64,000 nucleotides of DNA, from assembly GCA_903813345.2 (NCBI GenBank), contig CAIIXF020000001.1, forward strand, positions 13,516,001 to 13,580,000. Reading direction: 5' to 3'. This document shows, in pieces, positions 1 through 10,767 of the stretch; the first letter of the stretch is position 1; the number at the start of each line of letters is the position of its first letter. The notes below the pieces were generated by a model. It ran no database searches and was not told where the DNA came from. It was given only the letters and a program-made list of their open reading frames with translations. A program made the position numbers and the translations under genes. The DNA is from Owenia fusiformis (Eukaryota).

Positions 1-37
1 ACACCTCACCATACCATATTGTGTATCATACTTTTAG

Positions 38-139
38 TCTGAAAAATGGTCCACTTTGATAGTCACAGTGGGTTATCTGTGTGGAGTAATCTCAACACTT
101 CTTTACTGGGTTGCATGTCTACCAAGAATCTGCAGAGTG
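38..139 (+). CDS. TMEM44: TMEM44-like exon (SEKWSTLIVTVGYLCGVISTLLYWVACLPRICRV)
   Basis: cttttag| acceptor, |gtaaga donor, 34 open codons, TM helix of PQ-loop type. Confidence 0.8.
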
Positions 140-315
140 GTAAGAATTACATATTAATGTCATATTATTTGTTTTGAAATATACACCATTCCTGGGGGTC
201 AGTGGAAGAATTTATTGACTGCTTTTACTCATTCAGTGTCCTATGTTGTGATTTACTGAGTTTCACTCATTGTTTATTATTTCATTATTTGTAATGTCAT
301 TATTTCTGTTTCCAG

Positions 316-458
316 TTCCAAGAGAAAACATTCTCGCAGCGACAATGTACATTTTACCTGCTTTCTATCCCAGCCAATCTGTTCTACCTAATAGGAGTAT
401 TTACTCAGGCCACCTCTCATACCCTCATTTTACATACACTACCTTGGACTGTAGGGAG
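316..458 (+). CDS. TMEM44: TMEM44-like exon (FQEKTFSQRQCTFYLLSIPANLFYLIGVFTQATSHTLILHTLPWTVG-R)
   Basis: tttccag| acceptor, AG|gtaagt donor (phase 2); its 3' part is the first unit of the minisatellite. Confidence 0.8.
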
Positions 459-3306
459 GTAAGTTTATTTACTCAGGCCACCTCCCACACCCTCGTTTTA
501 CATACTCACCTTGGACTGTAGGGAGGTAAGTCCATTTACTCAGGCCACCTCCCACACCCTCGTTTTACATACTCACCTTGGACTGTAGGGAGGTAAGTCC
601 ATTTACTCAGGCCACCTCCCACACCCTCGTTTTACATACTCACCTTGGACTGTAGGGAGGTAAGTGTTTTTACTCAGGCCACCTCCCACACCCTCGTTTT
701 ACATACTCACCTTGGACTGTAGGGAGGTAAGTTTATTTACTCAGGCCACCTCCCACACCCTCGTTTTACATACCAACCTTGGACTGTAGGGAGGTAAGTT
801 TATTTACTCAGGCCACCTCCCACACCCTCTTTTTACATACACTTCCTTGGACTGTATGAAGGTAAGTGTTTTTACTCAGGCCACCTCCCACACCATCATT
901 TTACATACCCACCTTGGATTGTATGAAGGTAAGTCCATTTACTCAGGCCACCTCCCACACCCTCGTTTTACATACCCACCTTGGACTGTAGGGAGGTAAG
1001 TTTATTTACTCAGGCCACCTCCCACACCCTCGTTTTACATACTCACCTTGGACTGTAGGGAGGTAAGTTTATTTACTCAGGCCACCTCCCACATCCTCGT
1101 TTTACATACTCACCTTGGACTGTAGGGAGGTAAGTTTATTACTCAGGCCACCTCCCACACCCTCGTTTTACATACTCACCTTGGACTGTAGGGAGGTAAG
1201 TTTATTTACTCAGGCCACCTCCCACACCCTCGTTTTACATACTCACCTTGGACTGTAGGGAGGTAAGTCCATTTACTCAGGCCACCTCCCACACCTTCGT
1301 TTTACATACTCACCTTGGACTGTAGGGAGGTAAGTCCATTTACTCAGGCCACCTCCCACACCCTCGTTTTACATACCCCCCTTGGACTGTAGGGAGGTAA
1401 GTTTATTTACTCAGGCCACCTCCCACACCCTCGTTTTACATACCCCCTTGGACTGTAGGGAGGTAAGTTTATTTACTCAGGCCACCTCCCACACCCTCGT
1501 TTTACATACACTTCCTTGGACTGTATGAAGGTAAGTGTTTTTACTCAGGCCACCTCCCACACCCTCATTTTACATACCCACCTTGGATTGTATGAAGGTA
1601 AGTCCATTTACTCAGGCCACCTCCCACACCCTCGTTTTACATACTCACCTTGGACTGTAGGGAGGTAAGTCCATTTACTCAGGCCACCTCCCACACCCTC
1701 GTTTTACATACCCCCCTTGGACTGTAGGGAGGTAAGTTTATTTACTCAGGCCACCTCCCACACCCTCGTTCTACATACCCACCTTGGACTGTAGGGAGGT
1801 AAGTTTATTTACTCAGGCCACCTCCCACACCCTCGTTTTACATACTCACCTTGGACTGTAGGGAGGTAAGTCCATTTACTCAGGCCACCTCCCACACCCT
1901 CATTTTACATACTCACCTTGGATTGTAGGGAGGTAAGTCCATTTACTCAGGCCACCTCCCACACCCTCGTTCTACATACTCACATTGGACTGTAGGGAGG
2001 TAAGTCCATTTACTCAGGCCACCTCCCACACCCTCGTTTTACATACTCACCTTGGACTGTAGGGAGGTATGTTTATTTACTCAGGCCACCTCCCACACCC
2101 TCGTTCTACATACCCACCTTGGACTGTAGGGAGGTAAGTTTATTTACTCAGGCCACCTCCAACACCCTCTTTTTACATACTCACCTTGGACTGTAGGGAG
2201 GTAAGTCCATTTACTCAGGCCACCTCCCACACCCTCCTTCTACATACCCCCCTTGGACTGTAGGGAGGTAAGTTTATTTACTCAGGCCACCTCCCACACC
2301 CTCATTTTACATACACTACCTTGGATTGTATGGAGGTAGGTCCGTTTACTCAGGCCACCTCCCACACCCTCGTTTTACATACTCACCTTGGACTGTAGGG
2401 AGGTAAGTTTATTTACTCAGGCCACCTCCCACACCCTCGTTCTACATACCCACCTTGGACTGTAGGAGGTACGTTTATTTACTCAGGACACCTCCCACAC
2501 CCTTGTTTTACATACTCACCTTGGACTGTAGGGAGGTACGTTTATTTACTCAGGACACCTCCCACACCCTCGTTTTACATACTCACCTTTGACTGTAGGG
2601 AGGTAAGTTTATTTACTCAGGCCACCTCCCACACCCTCATTTTACATACACTACCTTGGATTGTATGGAGGTAGGTCCGTTTACTCAGGCCACCTCCCAC
2701 ACCCTCGTTTTACATACTCACCTTGGACTGTAGGGAGGTAAGTTTATTTACTCAGGCCACCTCCCACACCCTCATTTTACATACACTACCTTGGATTGTA
2801 TGGAGGTAGGTCCGTTTACTCAGGCCACCTCCCACACCCTCGTTTTACATACTCACCTTGGACTGTAGGGAGGTAAGTTTATTTACTCAGGCCACCTCCC
2901 ACACCCTCGTTCTACATACCCACCTTGGACTGTAGGAGGTACGTTTATTTACTCAGGACACCTCCCACACCCTCGTTTTACATACACTACCTTGGATTGT
3001 ATGGAGGTAGGTCCGTTTACTCAGGCCATCTCCCACACCCTCGTTTTACATACTCACCTTGGACTGTAGGGAGGTAAGTTTATTTACTCAGGCCACCTCC
3101 CACACCCTCGTTTTACATACTCACCTTGGACTGTAGGGAGGAAAGTTTATTTACTCAGGCCATTTCCCACACCCTCGTTTTACATACTCACCTTGGACTG
3201 TAGGGAGGTAAGTTTATTTACTCAGGCCACCTCCCACACCCTCATTTTACATACTCCCCTTGGACTGTAGGGAGGTAAGTTTATTTACTCAGGCCACCTC
3301 CCACAC
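398..3306 (+). repeat. 67-bp minisatellite, ~43 copies, derived from the exon/intron junction
   Basis: Unit tttactcaggccacctcccacaccctcgttttacatactcaccttggactgtagggaggtaagttta; period 67-68 bp; no unique spacers. Confidence 0.97.
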
Positions 3307-3495
3307 ACTCTTTCATATCCTTTGTATATTTCTGTTTAAAGCTAAACACAGAGTAATTCCTCTTTGTATCCACTCCAGTTTTTAAACAGTGCAATTATTA
3401 TATACTTGGACATAGAGTGATGCATCAGGTTTTTAAGATGGGCAGAGCAGATACATTTTTGGATTTACATGTGTATTGTTATATCATTGTTATAG

Positions 3496-3603
3496 GCTTG
3501 GTCTCATTGGTATTGACATTGGAATGTTGCTACAGATTCTACAGAATCGTAGAAAACAAGATGGCTGGCATGAGATTGATGAGAGTGTTGTCTCATTACT
3601 CAG
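3496..3603 (+). CDS. TMEM44: TMEM44-like exon (R-LGLIGIDIGMLLQILQNRRKQDGWHEIDESVVSLL)
   Basis: ttatag| acceptor, AG|gtactt donor; phase 2/2; continues the PWxxGxLGxxxxD motif of PQ-loop proteins. Confidence 0.78.
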
Positions 3604-4050
3604 GTACTTATGATAAATACTCGGTCAATATGATGTTTTTCTTGGCCAATATCATAAAATTCATATTCCACCCCTCCCATTAAATAAACTGTATTTGCGT
3701 GTTTCTTATGTGGAGAAAATTAGATCGCATGAAAGATTTTTGAATGATCCATGAATCATGACATAAAAATGATTTGTTTATGTAGTACGATTTTAGGACA
3801 AAAGGTGCTGCACCATGTTTTAGAAAATCAGAAAATTAAATGCCACCCTGTCGAAAATCTGCATGCATCCTGTAAAAATTGTAAACTTCTGTAATGAGAT
3901 AATTTGACAAGAATCCTTTTGTACATTTGGAGATCACTGCATATAGTGACATTCAGATTTATAATTAAGTTTTTACATTTATTTTTTGACCATCAGTCTG
4001 TCAAAATAGCCTTACCGTACTAAAAAAACATTGCTATCAGAGGGTATCAA

Positions 4051-4301
4051 GACGTTTCACCCCCTGGACGTGTTTCACCCCTAGACTGTTCACCCTTTAG
4101 ACTTTCCACCCCCTGGACATTTCACTCCCCGTAGACATTTCATCCCCTGGAAGTTTCCCCCTGGACATTTCACCCCCTAGACATTTCACCCCTAGACTTT
4201 TCATCCCTTAGACATTTCACCCCTAGACATTTCACCCATTAGACATTTCACCCCCTAGACATTTCACCCCTTAGAAATTTCGCCCCTTAGACGTTTCACC
4301 C
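4051..4301 (+). repeat. Degenerate ~17-bp tandem repeat (gacatttcaccccctag)
   Basis: About 14 visible degenerate copies. Confidence 0.85.
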
Positions 4302-4589
4302 CAATATACAGTTTGTGTACATGTACAATGTCATGGTTTGGGTTATTAGTGAATTTTTACTGAATTAACATGAGTATACTGATTTCTTTTCTAAGTAACA
4401 TTGACTGGAAAAGGTCATAGAAAATAAAACCACAAATATTGGTACAAATAAGTGTAAAAAATTTGCACTTTGCACTGATTAAACATGCTAGCCTCTAATT
4501 GCCTAGATAATCCATTCCCTTGTTATCAATTGCATTATTAAAAAGCGACTGATTCATTATTATTTTTTAGATTTAGAAAATTAATCCTG

Positions 4590-5307
4590 TTTATATTTCT
4601 CATAAATTTTTTCTAGTAAACTAATGATCGGAAACTGGACGCAATTATTAGTTGTTGCCTAACGGGAGTTTAAATCTTCTGCGCCGTTTCACTACTTACT
4701 AGAAACTCTTAAGCCCATAAAGCTGGAAAAGACTTGCATAAGCATATGACAGAATTAATCTCTTTATGGTAATTGTCATATAGTTTAGGTGGGGCTTTAT
4801 AAAAAATGCCCCAGCTGCTAAGGAGGTAGCAAGGGGAGGAGGTGGGAAAGTAAAGCTTACTTACTTGTAATCAGCTTAATAACAATGTAAATCCAGGAAA
4901 GAACAGCGGAGCTTTCAGCGGAAAGTACGGAGGTTCAGGTGACGCTATTATAATTACCCTTCTTCCTGGCTTCTGATTGGTTGACCTACTTTGAAGAGTT
5001 TTGGCGGTCAGTTTGAAAAACTGGCGCAGAAGACAACTCCTTAACAAATTTTCTCTATATAAACCCATTATAAATTATAATGGTTATTTATATTTCTCAT
5101 AAATTTTTTCTAGTAAACTAATGATCGGAAACTGGACGCAATTATTAGTTGTTGCCTAACGGGAGTTTAAATCTTCTGCGCCGTTTCACTACTTACTAGA
5201 AACTCTTAAGCCCATAAAGCTGGAAAAGACTTGCATAAGCATATGACAGAATTAATCTCTTTATGGTAATTGTCATATAGTTTAGGTGGGGCTTTATAAA
5301 AAATGCC
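4590..5307. repeat. ~220-bp near-identical direct repeats (4590-4810 and 5087-5307) flanking a ~275-bp spacer
   Basis: Copies read base-for-base identical except for one A-run length. Confidence 0.9.
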
Positions 5308-6152
5308 ACAAAAACATTATGATGGTAATCAGAATGTTGCATTAGTCTTATGGGAAACAATTAGAATAATAAGATTTTTGGTTGCACATTTCCTGATGAC
5401 CTGATTTAATCAATAAGCTGTAATTTAGGTTATGATGTGTGATTATTTAGATTATTTGTGAGCAAGAGTTTAGAAGGATTCAAAACCTATGGAAACAGTA
5501 TAAAGAAGATGAACTTACAACTTCAAATCTTCTGCGTTCATGCAGTAAACCCCACTGTTACCTCTAAACATTGGAACATAACTTGTTATTTGTTAAGTGC
5601 AACATGTTCAATAGACACATTTCATAACTAATATGTATATGAAATCTTACAACCGGTATTTAAAATTCTTAGTACCTCAAGCTTTTGAATCTAAAGTTTC
5701 TGAAAATCGATGCATATGTTTTTTTGCTTGTAATGTAAGGCCTATGATAAAAAACAGTAAGAATGATCTAAAACTTGTTTTTTGTATTAATAGCAGTTGT
5801 GTTTAATAACCAATTCTTTGAAGAACTGAAATGGATAATGAATTGATTGGACCTCACTTCAAACCCTGAAAACTGTACATGGAAAAATAAGTGAATTACT
5901 AGTGACTTACAGTACTTGTTATTTGAATATGCTATATGAAACACTTATGGTAATTAAATTCTGATTTTAATAAATCAAACCCACGTTAAACCCTATTACA
6001 TAAAATCATCTAACTGAGCAAAATGTGTCAATAGGAAATATGTACCATAATATATGCCATTTATACTTATACAGTTCTAACAAAGAGAAATACTTGAATG
6101 AGGTCTCCACCTATAAGACCATCTGGCATGACAAGGTGTTGCAAAATTACTT

Positions 6153-6590
6153 ACCAATATCCCAGATGCGAGTAGAAATAATCTTGATTTACATCATTAA
6201 AAATTCACTATTCAGTCAAACTGATGTCATATTTGGAATCTACATGTAAAATTACATTTAGATATGTGGTTTTGAAAAGAGTTTATCAACTTTGAAAATT
6301 TAATTTTCTTTGAAAATATGACTTCTTGGATTCCCCATAGACCCCATGTTGTAAAACCACAAAAAGTGAAATATCTTTTCTTGTGTTGGGCAGATAATAT
6401 TTTCTTTTACTGGACATATTTTAATTTGTATAACTATCAGATACATAAGGGTAATATGAAAAGTGAACCACTAAAACTGATGCATATTCAAATTTAGAGG
6501 AATTGTGTAATACCCCGCCATGTTAATTCCCCCGAATCAGCCACCTGGTGGCGAAAATGGTAACTACCTACTCGCATCTGAGTAATTGGT
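6153..6590. mobile_element. Putative degenerate MITE
   Basis: Inverted termini accaatatcccagatgcgagtag / ctactcgcatctgagtaattggt; TSD not clear. Confidence 0.45.
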
Positions 6591-6729
6591 GATACATGGT
6601 CTGTAATCACAGCTGGAGATGTAGATTTTACTACACTTTCATGGTGGCAGAATGTTACCACTTATCTCTCTTTTCCACTGTAAAACCATGGCTGTAGTTG
6701 TTAATTGGCAATTCCTGTGTTACTTTCAG

Positions 6730-6865
6730 TAGGAGTGATGAGGAGAAGGAGCTATGCCCTGAGCTGGGGGATGAGGAGGCACTATGGGTCCCACTTAGGC
6801 CCCCCAATAATACATATCTCAATAAAATGTCCAAGATTGCCAAAGATCTGAGCAGCTCTTCACAG
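6730..6865 (+). CDS. TMEM44: TMEM44-like exon (RSDEEKELCPELGDEEALWVPLRPPNNTYLNKMSKIAKDLSSSSQ)
   Basis: tttcag|tag| tandem acceptor, CAG|gtgggt donor; WVPL motif. Confidence 0.78.
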
Positions 6866-7027
6866 GTGGGTGTAGGAGCATATTTTTCTGAGCATTGTTA
6901 TGACTGATTTAGTGCCCTTTCCTCTAGTTGTATTCTGGTAAAAATTGTAAATTGTGCCTGCAAACTTTACATTTCTTTAAACCAGAGTTAAGAGTGATAA
7001 AAATCACATATTAATGATTATTTATAG

Positions 7028-7201
7028 TTTGTGGAGACAGACCATTCGGATGAGTACTCAGAAGAGACAGTGCTGCCACCTAGCAAGGAAACAGAATTGT
7101 CCAAGACACAGACTAAATTGTCAGTGATCCCGACTATCAAGGCTGAGAGCATGACTGATACGAGTAGTGAGGGTGAAACAATGAAACAGTCAGATCTAGA
7201 G
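7028..7201 (+). CDS. TMEM44: TMEM44-like exon (FVETDHSDEYSEE...SSEGETMKQSDLE)
   Basis: tttatag| acceptor, GAG|gtatag donor, 58 open codons. Confidence 0.78.
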
Positions 7202-7284
7202 GTATAGTAAGAGAAAGGCTAGGGAGGTCAAGCTTTGCATTCACATTTTTAAGAGAAATTGTAAGTGCATGTGTAATGGTCTCG

Positions 7285-8353
7285 GGCTTTGCATAAAAAA
7301 CCTCCTACCTCATACCCACCTACCCTCGTACTTGGGACATGGTACAGTCTTTGAAGGGTTCAATTTTAAAGATCTTAGTTTATGCTGAATTATAGATGCA
7401 TTTGTAACGGGCCTTGATAGCAAGTTGCTCCAGCTGGGTTCGATTTCCACTCGGGGCATCGAATTTAGCACACTTTCTTTCAATTTCTTTATCTGGCTTG
7501 TTGGACCTAGAGGTGTCAAGTATTAACCGGTTAACCGGTTAACCGCCGATAATGCCTTGACCGGTCTGAGTTTTTATGGGCGGTTAGTTGACCGTGTATA
7601 ATTCTGTTATTTCCCGTGCTTATTTTGCATGCTAATCCGTTTGGTTTTATGGTGTCAGTTTCACGTAAGCTACTCATACATGTCATAAGTCCCATAACTC
7701 CTTACAAACATCCAATCAGCAACTTTAATCCCTGCCGCATTGCTTTCCCGCGCTTACTTTGCATTTTAATCTGTTTGTTTTCAAGCGTCAGTTTCATGTG
7801 AGCTACTCATACATGTGATAGGTCCGATAATTCCTTACAAACATCCAATCAGCAACTCTAATCCCTGCCACATTGCTTTCCCGCGCTTACTTACATAGAA
7901 TAGCGTAAAGCTTGACGAACGTAAAAAATAAACGCCGATATATCATTTTTCCAATTTTTTTCAACTTTCAAGATCGAAGATGAAGATTTCATTTGAAATT
8001 ATAAGTTCAAATTTCCCGCCGGTTAACCGACTTTAACCGGTAAAAACCCCCGGTTAACCGGTTAATGCTCAAGCGGTTAATTGACACCACTAGTTGGACC
8101 TATGCTCGCAGTTGTTAGTTATTCCCCTGGGGCGCCCTCGGGTCATTACACATAAAAATGCATCCATATGCCTTTATTTATGGATCTGTCATCTGTCTCA
8201 AAGTCATAAAATAAAGCCGGAATTGAAGAAATGTTAATAATTTGAGCTATTTTGAGATTTAATAATCTTTAAAATTGAACCCTTCAATGACTTTATCATG
8301 TTCCACGTAGGTGGGTAGGTGGGTATGAGGTAGGAGGTTTTTTATACAAAGCC
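7285..8353. mobile_element. MITE with long TIRs and 9-bp TSD (Mutator-like)
   Basis: TIR ggctttgcataaaaaacctcctacctcatacccacctacc / reverse complement at the right end; TSD atggtctcg at 7276-7284 and 8354-8362. Confidence 0.85.
7508..8092. mobile_element. hAT-type MITE nested in the Mutator-like MITE
   Basis: TIR tagaggtgtcaa / ttgacaccacta; 8-bp TSD gttggacc at 7500-7507 and 8093-8100; subterminal aaccggtt repeats. Confidence 0.88.
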
Positions 8354-9504
8354 ATGGTCTCGGGGAAATTGTTTGCCCCTTCATAGTACACACATTTACT
8401 TGCCTGATTGACTTGGTATTTGGAAAATAGTTAAATATTGCAATTAGTTTCTGGAAGAACTATTGATCCTCATTCCTTGGGGGTTGTAATACAAGTCCAG
8501 GAACAAGTTTTCTTAAAAATGAGTAGCTTGACTGCCCTACTCTCAGATCTTGGGAGACTTCAGGTTTTTACTCTCCACCAGAATAATGGAGTCAGAGATT
8601 TGTAACAGTGTCATCCCATTGAGTTTTAGACAGAGTCAACACTTTTTAATAAATCATGAAATTAATGGCAGTCTGAACTATCCAAATCAAATAAAAATAA
8701 CAAGTGCTGACATCTATTCTTTCAGCTTTTTCCATGGCTATATAGCAACTCTCTTATTGTCCCATGATCTTGTGGTTTTGGATTGCGAATTTGTGCCTCC
8801 GGTTTCTGAGTGGTGGAGGAGGGATGCTCTGTATTAATTTCCTCATGGCAAATTATACTCTTATTACAAATTGTTTCTCTTGTTTTTGTGTTTTGTAGTA
8901 TAATGTTGTACACAACAAATGTTAATTTACATGTTTGTTTGATATGCGTCATGAGTTAATTAGTGTACCATGGCCATAATAGGTGTATCTTTTAGGATGT
9001 GCGAGGGCGTGTTTTTCTGTTTTGTTTTCCAAAATTAATAACTGGTTTGTAAATCAATAACAATTTAGTTGCAATTGCAAGACTTTCACCTCTGTTTCGT
9101 TTTATGAGGTCATACTTGCGTGGGATGGACATTTTAATAGACACCTATGACACATAAACAAAAGTAAACAACTCAATAATATATCATCTGATATTCAAAT
9201 TTTATTTAAAAAATAATCAAAATATGTGACAATAATCAATATAAAATATTCAAGAAAATTGTATTGCACAGTTTTGAAATCTTAAAAAGTAATACTGCTT
9301 CTAATATCATACATATTAATATCTATGATTGACCTGAGGAAGATTTAATTGTAAATTGAAATCTTCATTAAACTCAAATTTTTGCCTAAAATTTGGAACT
9401 GAAGAAAAAAAAATTGTATTGCATTTTCCTGTTGAGTCAATGGACTTGCCCTGGCAGTTCTAAATGTAGCCCCATTGTTTATATTTGTTGTAATCTGCAA
9501 GATG

Positions 9505-9633
9505 TTAAATCAACTCGCCATTTCCTGTCTGTGTGTCTGCGTTGGAGTAAGCTTCCCTATTCTGCTGGAATAACCTCATACGATTCTCCAAATACTCATG
9601 TGTCAAATTATGTCTTGTAATAATCCCAACTAT
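9505..9633 (-). CDS. CLCN6: CLCN6 exon 22, terminal (IVGIITRHNLTHEYLENRMRLFQQNREAYSNADTQTGNGELI*)
   Basis: tttgcag| acceptor; end of CBS2; TAA at 9507-9505. Confidence 0.93.
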   Translation of the reverse strand: MVGIITRHNLTHEYLENRMRLFQQNREAYSNADTQTGNGELI

Positions 9634-10048
9634 CTGCAAATACAGATGAAACAGTCTGTTAAAACTATTTCAACAGTAAAGGATTAATAATATGCATTCA
9701 CAGTATTAATTTTACCCAGGGCTTAAGAATTACTTTATGATAAAGCTTCTAATCTAATTTCTATCTTGTATGAATACTAGATTAGTATCTACAACTAGTT
9801 TTGAGTATTGACTATCAATTTTCAATTATTTTTCAATGTGTATTGTAATGACTTTGATATGAATGAAATGTCCCTTGGTGTTATGGTCTCGGATTGTGAT
9901 ATTGATATTCGAAGGGGGAGGGTGTTTTAGATACTGTTTCTTTTCACGTTGGATCATGACTCTGGATAGTTGGTTAGATAGTCTATTTCCCTCATGACTG
10001 TATTAAATGGTTGAATTCTTAAAATAAATGTGAATTTAAATTTTTCAG

Positions 10049-10414
10049 TGGGATTTTGAATGGGGAAGTGGTGAACTGAGGCCTTTGAACAGTCATGATG
10101 TAATGGAGATATTAGCTGCTGAAGATGCAGCACAATCAATAGGAGGCAGCACAATTCAACACCACAGAAATAGCGGTGACATCTATATATATGATGAGGA
10201 AACATTACTTCATAGTGAACTTCAAAAACAAACATCTGTTAGTGATTCAGAAATAGAGAAACATAGTACATATAGAGGGCAGTACACTCTTCCAGAGAAT
10301 CAATTACAGCGTGACTTCTTCATGGATCCATTTAATGCCAATGGCGATGATAATCAAAATAACAATGTTGTACATTGGTTCAATGAGAGATCAATGGATG
10401 GTTTGAATAGCTGA
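10049..10414 (+). CDS. TMEM44: TMEM44-like terminal exon (WDFEWGSGELRPLNSHDVME...MDGLNS*)
   Basis: tttttcag| acceptor; in frame with upstream SDLE to give SDLEWD; ORF track 10085-10414; AATAAA near 10526. Confidence 0.75.
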   Translation, partial: WDFEWGSGELRPLNSHDVMEILAAEDAAQSIGGSTIQHHRNSGDIYIYDEETLLHSELQKQTSVSDSEIEKHSTYRGQYTLPENQLQRDFFMDPFNANGDDNQNNNVVHWFNERSMDGLNS

Positions 10415-10641
10415 TACAAAGTTGCCTCAGAGGGGCAGTAGAACCTGAGCTATAAACAACTGTTATACAAAACAGTGAAGTGAAGTGAATATCTAAGCAC
10501 GAGTGCCAGAAGACACTTTACAACAAATAAATTATTATGATGAGAATGAGAAAATGTGCAATTGGATTAAACAAAAAAAGAAAATTATGAGTATCAAAAA
10601 AATAAATAATGACTATATTTTATAAAATGATAGCATATTAC

Positions 10642-10767
10642 CTCTCCGTTGTTATTGATTATTGGTAAATGTCTAAGTCCCATGCTGCGAAAGAGGTTGA
10701 AGATTTGAGTGACAGGTGTATGTGGGGATGCCATATAAGGACATGGGTTCATATAGGGTGTCACATC
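10642..10767 (-). CDS. CLCN6: CLCN6 exon 21 (DVTPYMNPCPYMASPHTPVTQIFNLFRSMGLRHLPIINNNGE)
   Basis: CBS2 motif FRSMGLRHLP; canonical splice sites. Confidence 0.95.

Larger units (their letters stand above)
38..10414 (+). other. TMEM44: Gene span (5'-partial): TMEM44-like PQ-loop membrane protein; CDS join(38-139,316-458,3496-3603,6730-6865,7028-7201,10049-10414)
   Basis: All GT-AG junctions are phase-consistent (0,2,2,0,0). Translation GYLCGVISTLLYWVACLPRICRVFQEKTF...LPWTVGRLGLIGIDIG...WVPL...SDLE|WD matches remembered TMEM44 motifs (ICRxKTF, PW, WVPL, SDLEWD). Confidence 0.8.

Noticed and set aside
398-3306. CRISPR-like array
   Set aside because: Units are contiguous with no unique spacers, the unit derives from a host exon, and the context is eukaryotic with no cas genes.
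3315-3323. ATATCCTTT as an AT-AC U12 donor for TMEM44
   Set aside because: It is not adjacent to an open exon, and the GT-AG join 458/3496 already gives a continuous conserved frame.
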